DNA from: Gnetum montanum
Lineage: Eukaryota > Plantae > Gnetophyta
Reading direction: 5' to 3'
Length of the DNA: 64,000 bases
NCBI GenBank assembly: GCA_015680685.1
Contig: MNCI01001684.1
Location: 214,409 to 278,408, forward strand
The translations under genes were made by a program, and so were the position numbers. Every line of letters begins with the position of its first letter. Within the stretch, counting starts at the first letter, position 1. Shown here one piece after another: positions 53,501 to 64,000 of the stretch. The notes below the pieces were generated by a model that ran no database searches, was not told where the DNA came from, and was given only the letters and a program-made list of their open reading frames with translations.

Positions 53501-56479
53501 TGTTAGGGTTGTGGGAGTGTAGCAATTTCCATGGATGATGGGCCAAAGGGTTGTTGTGTAGTGTTGGCTATGATGCAATGGCTAGTGATGGGATCATGTA
53601 TTTGCATCATTGAGGATTTGGCTTTGGGCTTCGATCATGATGAATACATGTGACAGTTAGACAATCAACACATGGCAAAAAGGTGGGAATGGCGTACATG
53701 AGTGTGAAAGAGAGATCAAAGAAATGTTGTGCATGTTATTTTTATTAACATCTTAGGCAGATCAAATGTTTCTTTTTTTTCTTATTCCTTTATGTAAAAA
53801 GGTTGTCATAGATAGAGGCGTGTCGTAGACATTCATGCACAGTGACAATCTCCCTACATGGTGCACGTGAAAGGCTCTTTCTCATTGGCGATGGTAGCAA
53901 GTAGGCTATCAAAGTCTAACATGTAGACTATAGTGGCCTCGTTCTTCCCTCCCCTCTCATGGTAGCATTAACAATGCATCTCTCCTTCACTGTGATGTAG
54001 ATAGGGAGATCCCTCTTTCATAGCATCTCTTGTAGGCACATGTGAGCAAGCCATTGACAACACACCATCAATGGAAATCCGTGGCAGCTACACCAACAGT
54101 GGCAAGCAGGTTCTATAGTTTTGTTCTTTCTTAATAGATGTGAGGTGGAACATGATGATAGACTTCTAATAATGTGGTCTCACCTTTGCTCTCATTTGCA
54201 GTAGTTTTTCCTCCCTTACTCTCTTAGCCATGTAACAGTGGCAGTGAGCAGCAAGGATAGATTGCTCTCTCTCTTGTTGTGGTGTTGTAGCAATAGACAA
54301 CAACAAGCATGTGCACCAAGTGGCAATAGGGGATCTATCCTCTTCTCTCTCCCTTTACCAGTGGCTACACACAATGTTGGCTGTAGTAGCATTTGCAATG
54401 GATCGGTGGCCCAAACAAGTGGTAGTAGTAGGACTAGGAAAAATTTTAATTTTGTTGTTCCCTATTGTTTCAAATAGTTATTTATTTTAAATTCCAAAGC
54501 ATCCCAGCTAAAATTCCTTTTTAGCCTACTATTTTCAAAAGGCCATGTAGCCCTCTTTGTAGTTGAGATTATTCTTGGGTTTCCCTGTCCATACAAGAAG
54601 TGCCTTAGGCAATAGTATCCTAAAATGAGTTTTTCTTTCTCAATGTTGATGTGTCCAAATTTTATGTATCAACAATTAGGTAGTTAAGAAAATATATGTA
54701 GCATGTATCCAATATTCACAATAATCTATTAGACCCTTGTGATCTTAGATATTCACAAAGTATTCAAAAAATACATTAAATGAAATGAAATGAATCGGTA
54801 AAGTGAAAAAAATATAAATTAAAGCAACATGAAGGTAGTTGATTATGCATATTGCACTTCAGTCTAGTTACTTCTCAATGCATCACGCTACTTTTGTAGG
54901 TAAAATTCCATGCCAAAGATCATCATAAAACTAAGGTAAGTTTTTGGACATAGTTTAATAGTAACTTTTATGACAAGAAAATTGTTAAATTACAAGCTAC
55001 AAAAACCACCTATCCTTTGCTTAGATTTATCAATACAATATAAATCTTTTATTTTGATCATAGCACAATGGACTATTTCTTATTTTGTTGCATTCTAATT
55101 GAAACATAGTAATCTAGTTTCATTCAAGATGTGTCCCTCTATGGAGATGAAGGGGGTAAGTTTCTTTTTATTGCCAACCACGTGGCTAAGTAGGTTTCAT
55201 TCCCTTACATGCTACTTTCCTCATCACTTACCTCCATTGGCTGAATCATATGATAATGGGATTCTAAGATGTTGAAGAATCCCAACTTTCAAGTTCTTTT
55301 AGCATCAACCAAGCTTCCAAGGTAGTGTTCTTTTCTACATGTTTCTTGGTTCTTACAGCTTTTCCTATAAATGCATCTCCTACAACCTTTACCATGCTCA
55401 AGAAAACTAGTAAATGCCTCAGGCCTAATATTTCTATCAAATAGGTTGGTAAGGATATTTTGACCTTTGTTGCCATTGAATGTAGCAAATTTTTTTTCAT
55501 TCTTGCTAGGTCATGGATTCCACAATGCAAGTATCTACAATGTGACTTCTACTACTACCTCCTCTACCTATCATAGTGTGCTACAAAACCCAAGACTTTC
55601 AAAAGTCTCATCATCAAAATGCACTATTGCCTTAAAATGAAGAATGTGATCCAACCATTCATGTTGGAAATAGGATCATGGTAGGTTGAGACACTTTCAT
55701 TGGGCCCATTCTTGTAGCTGGTTTTTAAACATCCCTACACCATAACATCAAAAAGAAGGTGGTAAATGAAAAGGAATCTAAAATAATTAAAGGATCATGC
55801 ATTCTTAAATTGTCTTATTGAATAAGTTTTAAAGAGAAGTTAATGAAATCCGTGTGAGTTGTGGCCTCCCTTTCTTAAGATCACAAATTCTTAAGACATG
55901 CGAGCTTCCAGATTCTCATTATTAATAGCATTTCCCACCTAAAAATTACCAATTATTTAGCACTTGAATTTAGCTTTTTCCTACAAGCATGAGAGTTATA
56001 GCCTATTCCTAGTGGTCATCTCTACCACCTTTCCCCACCATGATGGTAGTTGCCATGAAGATGATTCTGACCAACCCTCTCATTACACATTTCTTCCCAT
56101 AAATAAGTGTGGTTTCCATTTTAGTATTGCCTACTACATGTGATTTTTACAAGAATGAAGCAGTTTTCCTACAATTTCAATTTTTTCTACACCTTTTATG
56201 TTGCTCCATTCATGCATGACCAATCTAGTAATGATAAGCCTTAAAGAAAAGGAGAAATAAAAATTATAGGAAGACTACATCTTTCCTGGATTTAGGTTTA
56301 CTAATTTTGGATTATATGTTTTCTAAACTATGTAGTAATGTCTAACTAGAATTGAACAAAAGTTGTAAGGTATCAGTTCCTTGCCATCTAATATTCAAGC
56401 TTCCCAAATTGGAGTCTAGATGCTCACCACTAGAGGTGTTTTGAAAGATTATAGGTTTCACTCCACTTGATTCACCACT

Positions 56480-59400
56480 ACTCTTGTCACTATTCTTGGT
56501 TGAGTCTCCTCAAGCACCAAAACCTAGGATGCCTAATCAAGACTATCTTAATGATTGTGGCGACAAGCATGAACCAACCATCTTTGGATCCTACCTATTA
56601 TGCCAATAGTATGGTGTCCCAACTCATCCCCCAAATTGATATTCACCATGAGATCCATCATGATGAGCTCACAAATGAGACAAAGACTATGAACCCAGAT
56701 GATAGTTTGACTTCTAAAGGTGTGTGAGCACTACATGATTAGGCTCAAAAAGTAGCCTTTCCATTGTTTGACCATCCCGATTTCCTAAATAGGTGTTTTC
56801 TATAATTGCTTATGTCATTCTACATAAAGTCAAGCTTGTCCTAGTCATGGGTGGCATAACACATCAAAATGGAAGTGCTTGAAGCTTCTTGCAACTTCTG
56901 GTGTTGGTGATGTGGCATTAAAGCAAGTGTGCAAGTTGTCTTGGGTCATGGCAACTAGTGTTGCACTCAAGCATGGCTTCCTCACTTCAAGGCATGCTAT
57001 GGCACATGTGTTTTGTCCACATTTTTTGTTTGGTATCTATTGGGCAGTGTTCACCTATGTTTCTCAGCATTTTCCAACTACCACTATGAGGCCCCAAGTT
57101 GCAATCTTCAATGGTACCTCTTTCCTTCTCAAGTCACTTATACATGGCATTACTTCAACAAGGTTTGGGTGGCCTCTTGAAGTTTTTCAAGTTAGTAGAA
57201 TTGATGGATGTTGGAGTGCCATCCCATGACTAGCTACAGTTTAGGGTTGCACAAGGAACTAATAAGATCAGTGGTGTTAGGCTTCCCATGGTTGGCAATG
57301 ACATCAAGGCCTAAGTCACAACATGTTTAGTTTTGGTTGCATGCAGTTGATGGTTCTACTAGTAGTTGGGTGCCCTGACTGATGAGTTTGTGCATGTCTG
57401 GGGGTTTTCCATTGGTGCTATGGCCACAGGTGCTTTGGGTGTTTGTGAACCTATACTCTTTGGTCTCCTCTGGGTAAGTCGTTGTGCCTACAACCATGCA
57501 GAGTTTATGGTGGTGCATTGTTTATTGTTGTGGATTAGGCTACACTTACACAATGGTAGGCCTCCAGATGTAAGTAATGGTGGCAATGGTTACATCGGTC
57601 ATTGTGGTGACATTCATGGCATGGACATTCATGATGGACATGGAGTAGTAACCATCATGATGGTATTAGAGAATGTGACAAGCGTTACCCAGGTAGTGGC
57701 CAAAACCAGTGTGCATTACGTGGGACATGAGCACCAATGACGGTGGTGGTAGTTAATAGCATTACGCAAGTTCTTATTGATGACTATAAAATAGGTAGTC
57801 AGTAGGCATTTAGGAGGAATCAGATCTGAGGGGTAGGGGGAGACCAGTAAGTGGAGGATGATAGTTTCTTTTCATTAGCAACCTCAACTAGTAGGTGGGC
57901 TATTAGAGACACATGCATGTGTTAGAGGCTCATGCATAGTGGTAGTCTCCCTTCCCAATGCATGTGAAAGGCTCTTCCTCACCAGCAACAACAGCAAGCA
58001 GGTTGTCAAAGCCTAACATGTAGACTGTAGTGGCCTCATTCTTCCCTCCTCTTTCATAGCAGTGCTAACAAATGCATCTCCCCTTTGACAATGATGTATA
58101 TAGCAACATCCCTCTTTCACAAAAACTCTTGTAAGCACACGTGAGCAAGCCATTAACAACACATCGTTAGTGGCAGTCCATGGCAGCTACACTAGCAATG
58201 GCAAGTAGGTTCTATAGTTTTGTTCTTTCTCAACATACATGAGGCCACACATGGTGGTCTACTGTTGATAGTGTGGTCTCCCCTCTTCCCTCATTCATAG
58301 CAGTTTTTCCACCCTTACTCTCTCAGCCATCTAACGATAGTAGTGAGCAGTAGGGATAGATTTCTCTTTCTCTCTCTTGCAATAATTTGTAGTAGTAAAT
58401 AGCAACAGGTGTGTGGACCAAGTGGTAGCATACGATCCAGCCTCTTCTCTCTCCCTCTACCTATGGCTATAGGCAATGTTGGCTACAGCAACGTTTGCAA
58501 TGGATCGATGGCCCAAACAGGTGGTAGTAGTGGGACCAAGGAAAAATTTAATTTTGTTGTTTCCTATTGTTTTAGATAGTCATTTATTTTAAATTCCAAA
58601 GCATACCAACTGAAATTCTTTTTCAATCTACTATCTTCAAAAGGCCATGTAGCTCTCTAAGACTATTCTTAGGTTTTCATATCCATACAGGAGGCCCTCT
58701 AGGCAATAGTTTCCTAAAATGATTTTTTTTCTTTTTCGGTGTTGGTGCATCCAAATTTTGTGCATCAACACCTTTTTGGTGCTAAAAGGAAGGCAATTTT
58801 TCCAACCTTTGTTACCCCATTTTCTAAAATATTAGTTTTCTATCCTTTTCCAATCCCTATTCTATTTTCATTTTCCAAAAATTTCATTTTCTTTGTTTCA
58901 AACTTGTTTTATTTTTCGCTAAAACCTCTATCTTTAGATCTTTTATTTTCTGCCTTTTTTCTATGCTTCCCATTTTCTGAAAATTGTTGTTACTGAAACC
59001 TTTTGTTTAAAACCCTCATTTCCCAATCCTTTTTTTTCATATTTATGTTTTGGTGGTCTTTACCTAAGTCCTAACCTTCGTAAGGTATTGTTATTACTCA
59101 TTAAATTTTAATTTTATTTTTTCTTGAAATTTTTTTATTTTACTATTTTTTTATTTTTTAAAATTTTTATGAATTTTGCAATTTCATGAATTTATTTTTC
59201 ATGTTAAAAAATATTTTTTAAACAAAATAGCATATTTTAGTGGTTTTCTTCTTTGTCAAAAAAATTATTGTTGCAATATTTCTTTTCTTTTAACGTAATT
59301 TTATAGTTTTATTTTAACATTTATATTTTATAATTTTTCATTTTATGAGTGAACTGTCCTCTACCACTACCTTACTAGTCACTCGTCTCTTCGCATTATC

Positions 59401-62400
59401 GAAATGATAAGCTTTATGTTTCCCAAGTTCTAGTCTTACTAAAACTCAGACTAGGATGGCAACCAATCAACCCCCAGTTCCCCTAGTGAGTAATCCTTTT
59501 AACTTGAAACTCCTCCAGAATATAAGCCTGTTCTTTGATCCCACAACCCCTACTAGTAATGCCCGCCAACAAATACAATGTTTCGAAACCTTACTAGAGA
59601 TCCATAACATTGTACAAAATGATATGGCATGTAGGGTGTTTGTGATGACATTCAAGAATAAATCAATCCAATGGTTCTTGATGCTTCCTAATGCCTCCAT
59701 CGACTCATGGTAGGGGTTTAAAAATAAGTTCTTAATTCAGTTTGACAAATTTACAAGCCTAGCAGTAGCATCAAGCAATGTTACAAGCTTGAGGAAAATT
59801 CATGGTAAAATATCTATGACTACAACTTAAGATTTCACCATCAACTTGCATATGTCCCAAATGAGATGCATCCACAACCTAATGGCATCCTCAATTTTTA
59901 CTTGTCCACCATTAATCCATTCTTTGCCTATGCCATCATATTTGAACCCAACATAACGGAAATACAAGGATCGATGGATAAAGCCATGGAGTTAGAACAA
60001 ATTACCCTCATGAATAGCATCCAAACCCAATTCAAAATGATGAGCAGTAGTAATCCCATAAAATTTAACCCTCCACCTCTACCCACTTTCCTAATGACCA
60101 ATGCTACATTCCAAACTTCCACTCATCTTCAGCTAACTCAACCTTCAAACAATCATTTTCAAGGTCCCACATCTTCTTCATTCCTACCATCTAACATTGG
60201 TTTGAATGATGATCAATCGAAGGCCTTAATTCAATCCATCATAAACCCAAATGGAATATCTAATCTTGTTGAACCCCCAACTCAAACTCAAAATTAGATG
60301 ACCCAGATATTAACTTCACTATAGAAACTCTCAAATGAAGTAGTTGAATTAAAGTAGAAAAACAACAAGAGTACTTTACAACTAGAATAGCCAAGTACAT
60401 CAATCAATTATGAGTATTTTTACCTTCATAACACTAGGAAACATTCTAAGAGGACTTATCCTTAATTCTTGGCATTATATGGTGACAATTACCAAGGTCA
60501 ACAAAGTGGGAAACCCCTTGTTATGATCCTTAATGTACCCCATGAAAGAGAAAATGAAGAGGTTTCCTCATTAGAACAAGTTATGGTAAGGAACCCCAAC
60601 CCACATAATACTTGCTACTATAGACTCAATGACATTATGAACAACACACAACAAAAAACTAGGAAAGATCCTTATACTCCTCTAAATACCCAAATCGGGT
60701 CATCCCAAACAAACACTTTAGAATGATCAAACCCACCTTCTATACTTGAAAGAACTCCACCTCAACAAGAAGCCAAAGATGAACACAAGACTTACAATCT
60801 AATTGAGGATTTGAAGAAAATTAAAACTAACATTTCAATGTATGACCTTCTACACTTTAATGAAATGAAAGAGGTGATTCGGAATGTAGTTCATACACTT
60901 GAAAGTGGAAAATAAAAATTCCCAATTCCCAAAAGGCAAGTTCACTTCAAAGAAATTCTTAACACATTATCAATACAAAATGCAAACAATTCCATGATGA
61001 GCAAGAAATAACAACCTCCTTTTGTAAAAAATTTTATCATTTTAGGAAAAAATGTTCATAACTAGTTGATGGATTCTAAAGTAATTGTTAGTGTCATGCC
61101 ACTTGAGGTATGTAAGATTTTAAGAGCAAATGATACCACAAATGAAAAGTGTAATACAACTTGATGGGTCTAACATACCTATAGTAGGGTCATTAAAAGA
61201 AATGAAAGTACAACTTAAAAAATACCCTACATTTACATGTTATATAGATATCCTAGTAGTTGACATGTCACCCACTTATGGTGTGCTCTTATCTAGGACT
61301 TTTGAAGTAAATTTTGGGGGCTTCTTTAAGTCAGATTTCTTGGAACTGTTAATCCCTATCAAAGGAAAATCTGAATATATGGTCATACCAAGAGAGCCTT
61401 TCTACAAACAAGTAGTTACAACCTTTGATCATCAAAATTAGTCTTTGAAAAATCAAAACACTAACCTTTATGTTGGAGTTATTGAGGTTGAGTGTGGCAA
61501 ACATGTTATAGACAAGAATGTGAGTGAAGCTACAAAAATAAATCTTTTTTCTCATATAGATTCCACCCAAGCCTACCAAACTTCTAGAGAAGGTGAAGAA
61601 ATCTATGAAGACACCTTGCCTTATCCTCAACACAATGGATTTCTTCTAGGTGACCCACCATTATTAAGAGAGGAAAAACATATAAATGAGATCCTATTCC
61701 TTAAAACTTTAGAAGGTGTGCCAAATTTTTATGACAAATCCATAGAACATGTTCCTAGAGAAGCTGTATTCAATGGCTTACCAAGACCTAGACTTGTTAG
61801 ACCTAAGATTGGATCTAAAATTCTTCATCTTATGAAACATCCAAATTTAGTTTCTAATAGAAAATGAACAAACAAGTTAAGACTATGTCTTGATTTTCAT
61901 AATCATAATTATTGAGAAATTGTTAAATGATGTCTTGATAGGAAGTATGTTGGTGATGTCATTAAGATAGGAGACCTAGTCCTAGAAAGAGGTAGAACAT
62001 TTGATCAAGGAAATGTTCAAGGTAAGTTCGCTCCTATGTGGGTAGGCCCATTCCAAGTTAAAGATGTCATTGGTCCCAATGTATACAAAATTGTTAATAT
62101 GCATGGACATAAGTTACATTAGAACTTTAATGCATTTCATCTAAAGCATATCTACTCAAGTGCCCCACATGAACACCTGGTAGATTCTTAGTTACATGTT
62201 TTCTTCCCATTCACCATGCATTTCATTTGTATATAGTTACATTTGCATGTTTCCTTTGCATTTTCTTTGCATCTTCTTTTTTAACTTATTCAATTGGCTT
62301 TGGTTTTTCTTTACATATGATTTTAATAATCATTATGGTCATTAGAGTTACTGGATGTTGGGTCATCATAACACCATTGGAAAATAATGTAAGTATAATA

Positions 62401-63040
62401 TAATATATGTTATTACTATTACATAAACTCTACTTTATATTATATATTTCAATAATGCTATGACTCTTCCTAGTCAGTTTCAAGGTTTTAGTTTTATTGG
62501 TTATGTTGCATTATGGAGGACCAAATTTAAGCTAACTTATCATGTAATCATCATGATCATGTGAGTGTATGATATGTGATGTTGGAGAATGGTTAGTTGC
62601 AATCACTAGGTGACCTTGGAAAACTCCATGTTCCCTCTCCTTAGCCCCAACCCTCAAGTTTGATGATCCATGGCTATCCTATAAAAAATGGGGTGAAGTG
62701 TGTTCATCTCAACTTGAGAACCCTTAGCCATCCAAGAGATTTGTTATGATGCCATCAAATTGTAATTAAAGGCACATACAAAAGGGTTGAACTGCACTAT
62801 GGGAAAATTTCCAAAAGGACCGTGTTTTTTGATAATGTAGCTAATTAGCCAAACTTGTGTTGGAATTCCTACCTTAAGGATGAAGTACACCGTGAGAAAT
62901 TTTTTTAAAAAATAATAATAATAATAATAAATTAATGAGGACTATGTTCTTTGGCAATGTAATAAGTTCTTGAGTATGATGTGGTTCAACAGCAATCCTC
63001 ATCCTAACCTCCATTTCCCCTTTTGGACCTATTTCCCTGT
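56480..63040 (+). mobile_element. Non-autonomous Tat-like element, copy B (5' LTR to 58770, PBS 58777-58793; 3' end missing)
   Basis: Internal region is the reverse complement of ~46300-50557; similarity stops abruptly at ~63040. Confidence 0.85.
59456..62170 (+). pseudogene. gag-protease-truncated RT/INT polyprotein remnant (copy B)
   Basis: MACRVFVMTFKNKSIQWFLMLPNASIDSW; IDILVVDMSPTYGVLLSR; LRLCLDFHN; GKFAPMWVGPFQV...NAFHLKHIY. Confidence 0.82.
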
Positions 63041-63263
63041 TGGCACATTTGGCCATTTCATGGAGCAGGCTTTGAAAGGGTATTCCATTGATCATCCGTT
63101 GTGTGTTGTGTGTTGATTTAAGAGAGAGAGATAATCTACCTATAACGTCCAAAAGTTTAACATTGAATTTTTGAGGGAACGTGATGATGAAGAAGCGATT
63201 AATTAAATATTTACCAGCAAACTTTGTGAAGATACTATGAAGTAAGTCACGGTTTTTGTGATA

Positions 63264-63572
63264 ATGGATGGTAATAAGGACGATGTAGTTAAGTGTCTCA
63301 ATATCAGCAATATCGGCAAAGAAGCTTTAGGCACAGGTGAGGCATCACGTGTCAGAAAATTTTCGAGCAAGGATAAACACCTTGATCCTTCTCTGTCCAT
63401 CAATGATCTTCTGGTTACCTGCAAGGATGTTGCGAAAGAAAACGGCTGTGAAACATCGGTTACTGAAGCCCTTGTCGCTCAGGGAGCATTTGGGAATTCT
63501 GAAAGCTCTGAAAATCTGAGACAAAAATTGCTCACCGCTAATGGAGTGGCAGTGCAAATAAAATGCAACTAA
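63264..63572 (+). pseudogene. N-terminal fragment of a DnaJ49/DNAJB12-like co-chaperone gene, no J domain
   Basis: MDGNKDDVVKCL(NIS)NIGKEALGTGEASRVRKFSSKDKHLDPSLSINDLL resembles plant MDGNKDDALKCLKIGKEAL..GD..RA.KF..KA.RLDPSL.IDDLL; stop before any HPD motif. Confidence 0.75.
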
Positions 63573-64000
63573 AATTTTCTAATCCACTTTGAAATCTCGT
63601 CTATGGTGCTATGAGGGTTTTGAGAAGAAATTTGCAAGATGTCGGCATTCTGTTGGATGGTGTAATTCTCTTCCTGCACCGATGTGAGTTGACAGAGTTC
63701 AAGGCTGGTGTGGATCGGGCTGAGGGTTGCTGTGGGCGATTTGCAGAGGAGTCAGCAGCGTGCGCGGCCACAAGAGTTACAGAATAACGAACCGACGATG
63801 GCCGCAGCGAGGCAGAGGACGCGCAGATCTAGGCGCGCGAGAGCCGATTTTCGCAGGCAGAGGTGCAGGCGAGGGTTTGGCCAGAGGAGGCAGAGATCGC
63901 GGGCGTGAACGGCGGTGTCAGAAGCAACGGCAGCAGAAGACGAAGGAAACAGGCAACGACTGCAACGGCGGTGGCGGCGAAGCAAGGCTCGGACCCTGAG

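Larger units (their letters stand above)
43425..54674 (+). repeat. Solo/3' LTR of the tRNA-Asn Tat family, split by the 43661-52687 insertion
   Basis: 43425-43660 joined to 52693-54674 is colinear with ~56480-58770; ends ...ATCAACA with no PBS after it. Confidence 0.75.

Noticed and set aside
54680-56470. Possible decayed minus-strand coding remnant (55264-55530)
   Set aside because: No motif I can identify with confidence
56467-57740. ORFs of 86-124 aa as host genes
   Set aside because: They lie within an LTR, and the homologous LTR copy (52693-53500) does not preserve the frames
63708-63999. Arg-rich ORFs
   Set aside because: Low-complexity GC-rich sequence open in several frames; no protein family signal

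Overview
Plant (probably large-genome, heavily methylated) intergenic DNA made almost entirely of nested Ty3/Gypsy LTR retrotransposons; no intact host gene is visible. (1) 1-13700: a young, CpG-rich Tat/Ogre-type element on + (gag tail, protease, RT-RH-aRH-INT, PPT, 3' LTR). About 5.7 kb between protease and RT holds an 8-exon antisense gene with its own TATA box, encoding a degenerate FCP1/NIF (HAD phosphatase)-like domain, a Transposase_32/PMD-like domain and a coiled coil. Three tandem arrays of a small hairpin/pseudoknot + AAACT motif, closely resembling the plant-virus 'coremin' Xrn-resistant RNA, sit at the ORF boundaries. (2) About 13701-30100: an old decayed chromovirus (Tekay/Del-like, +). 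(3) 20155-29047: a full-length Athila-type element inserted into the 3' LTR of (2), with TSD CTAAA, tRNA-Asp PBS, gag, no visible pol and a ~929-codon accessory ORF. (4) 31125-~41085: a decayed Tekay-like element on -. (5) 43661-52687 (-) and ~56480-63040 (+): two copies of a non-autonomous Tat-like family with a tRNA-Asn PBS that share an in-frame RT-to-INT deletion, plus a related solo LTR. (6) About 63264-63572: a truncated DnaJ49/DNAJB12-like gene fragment. All domain calls come from motif recognition by eye, not from database searches.
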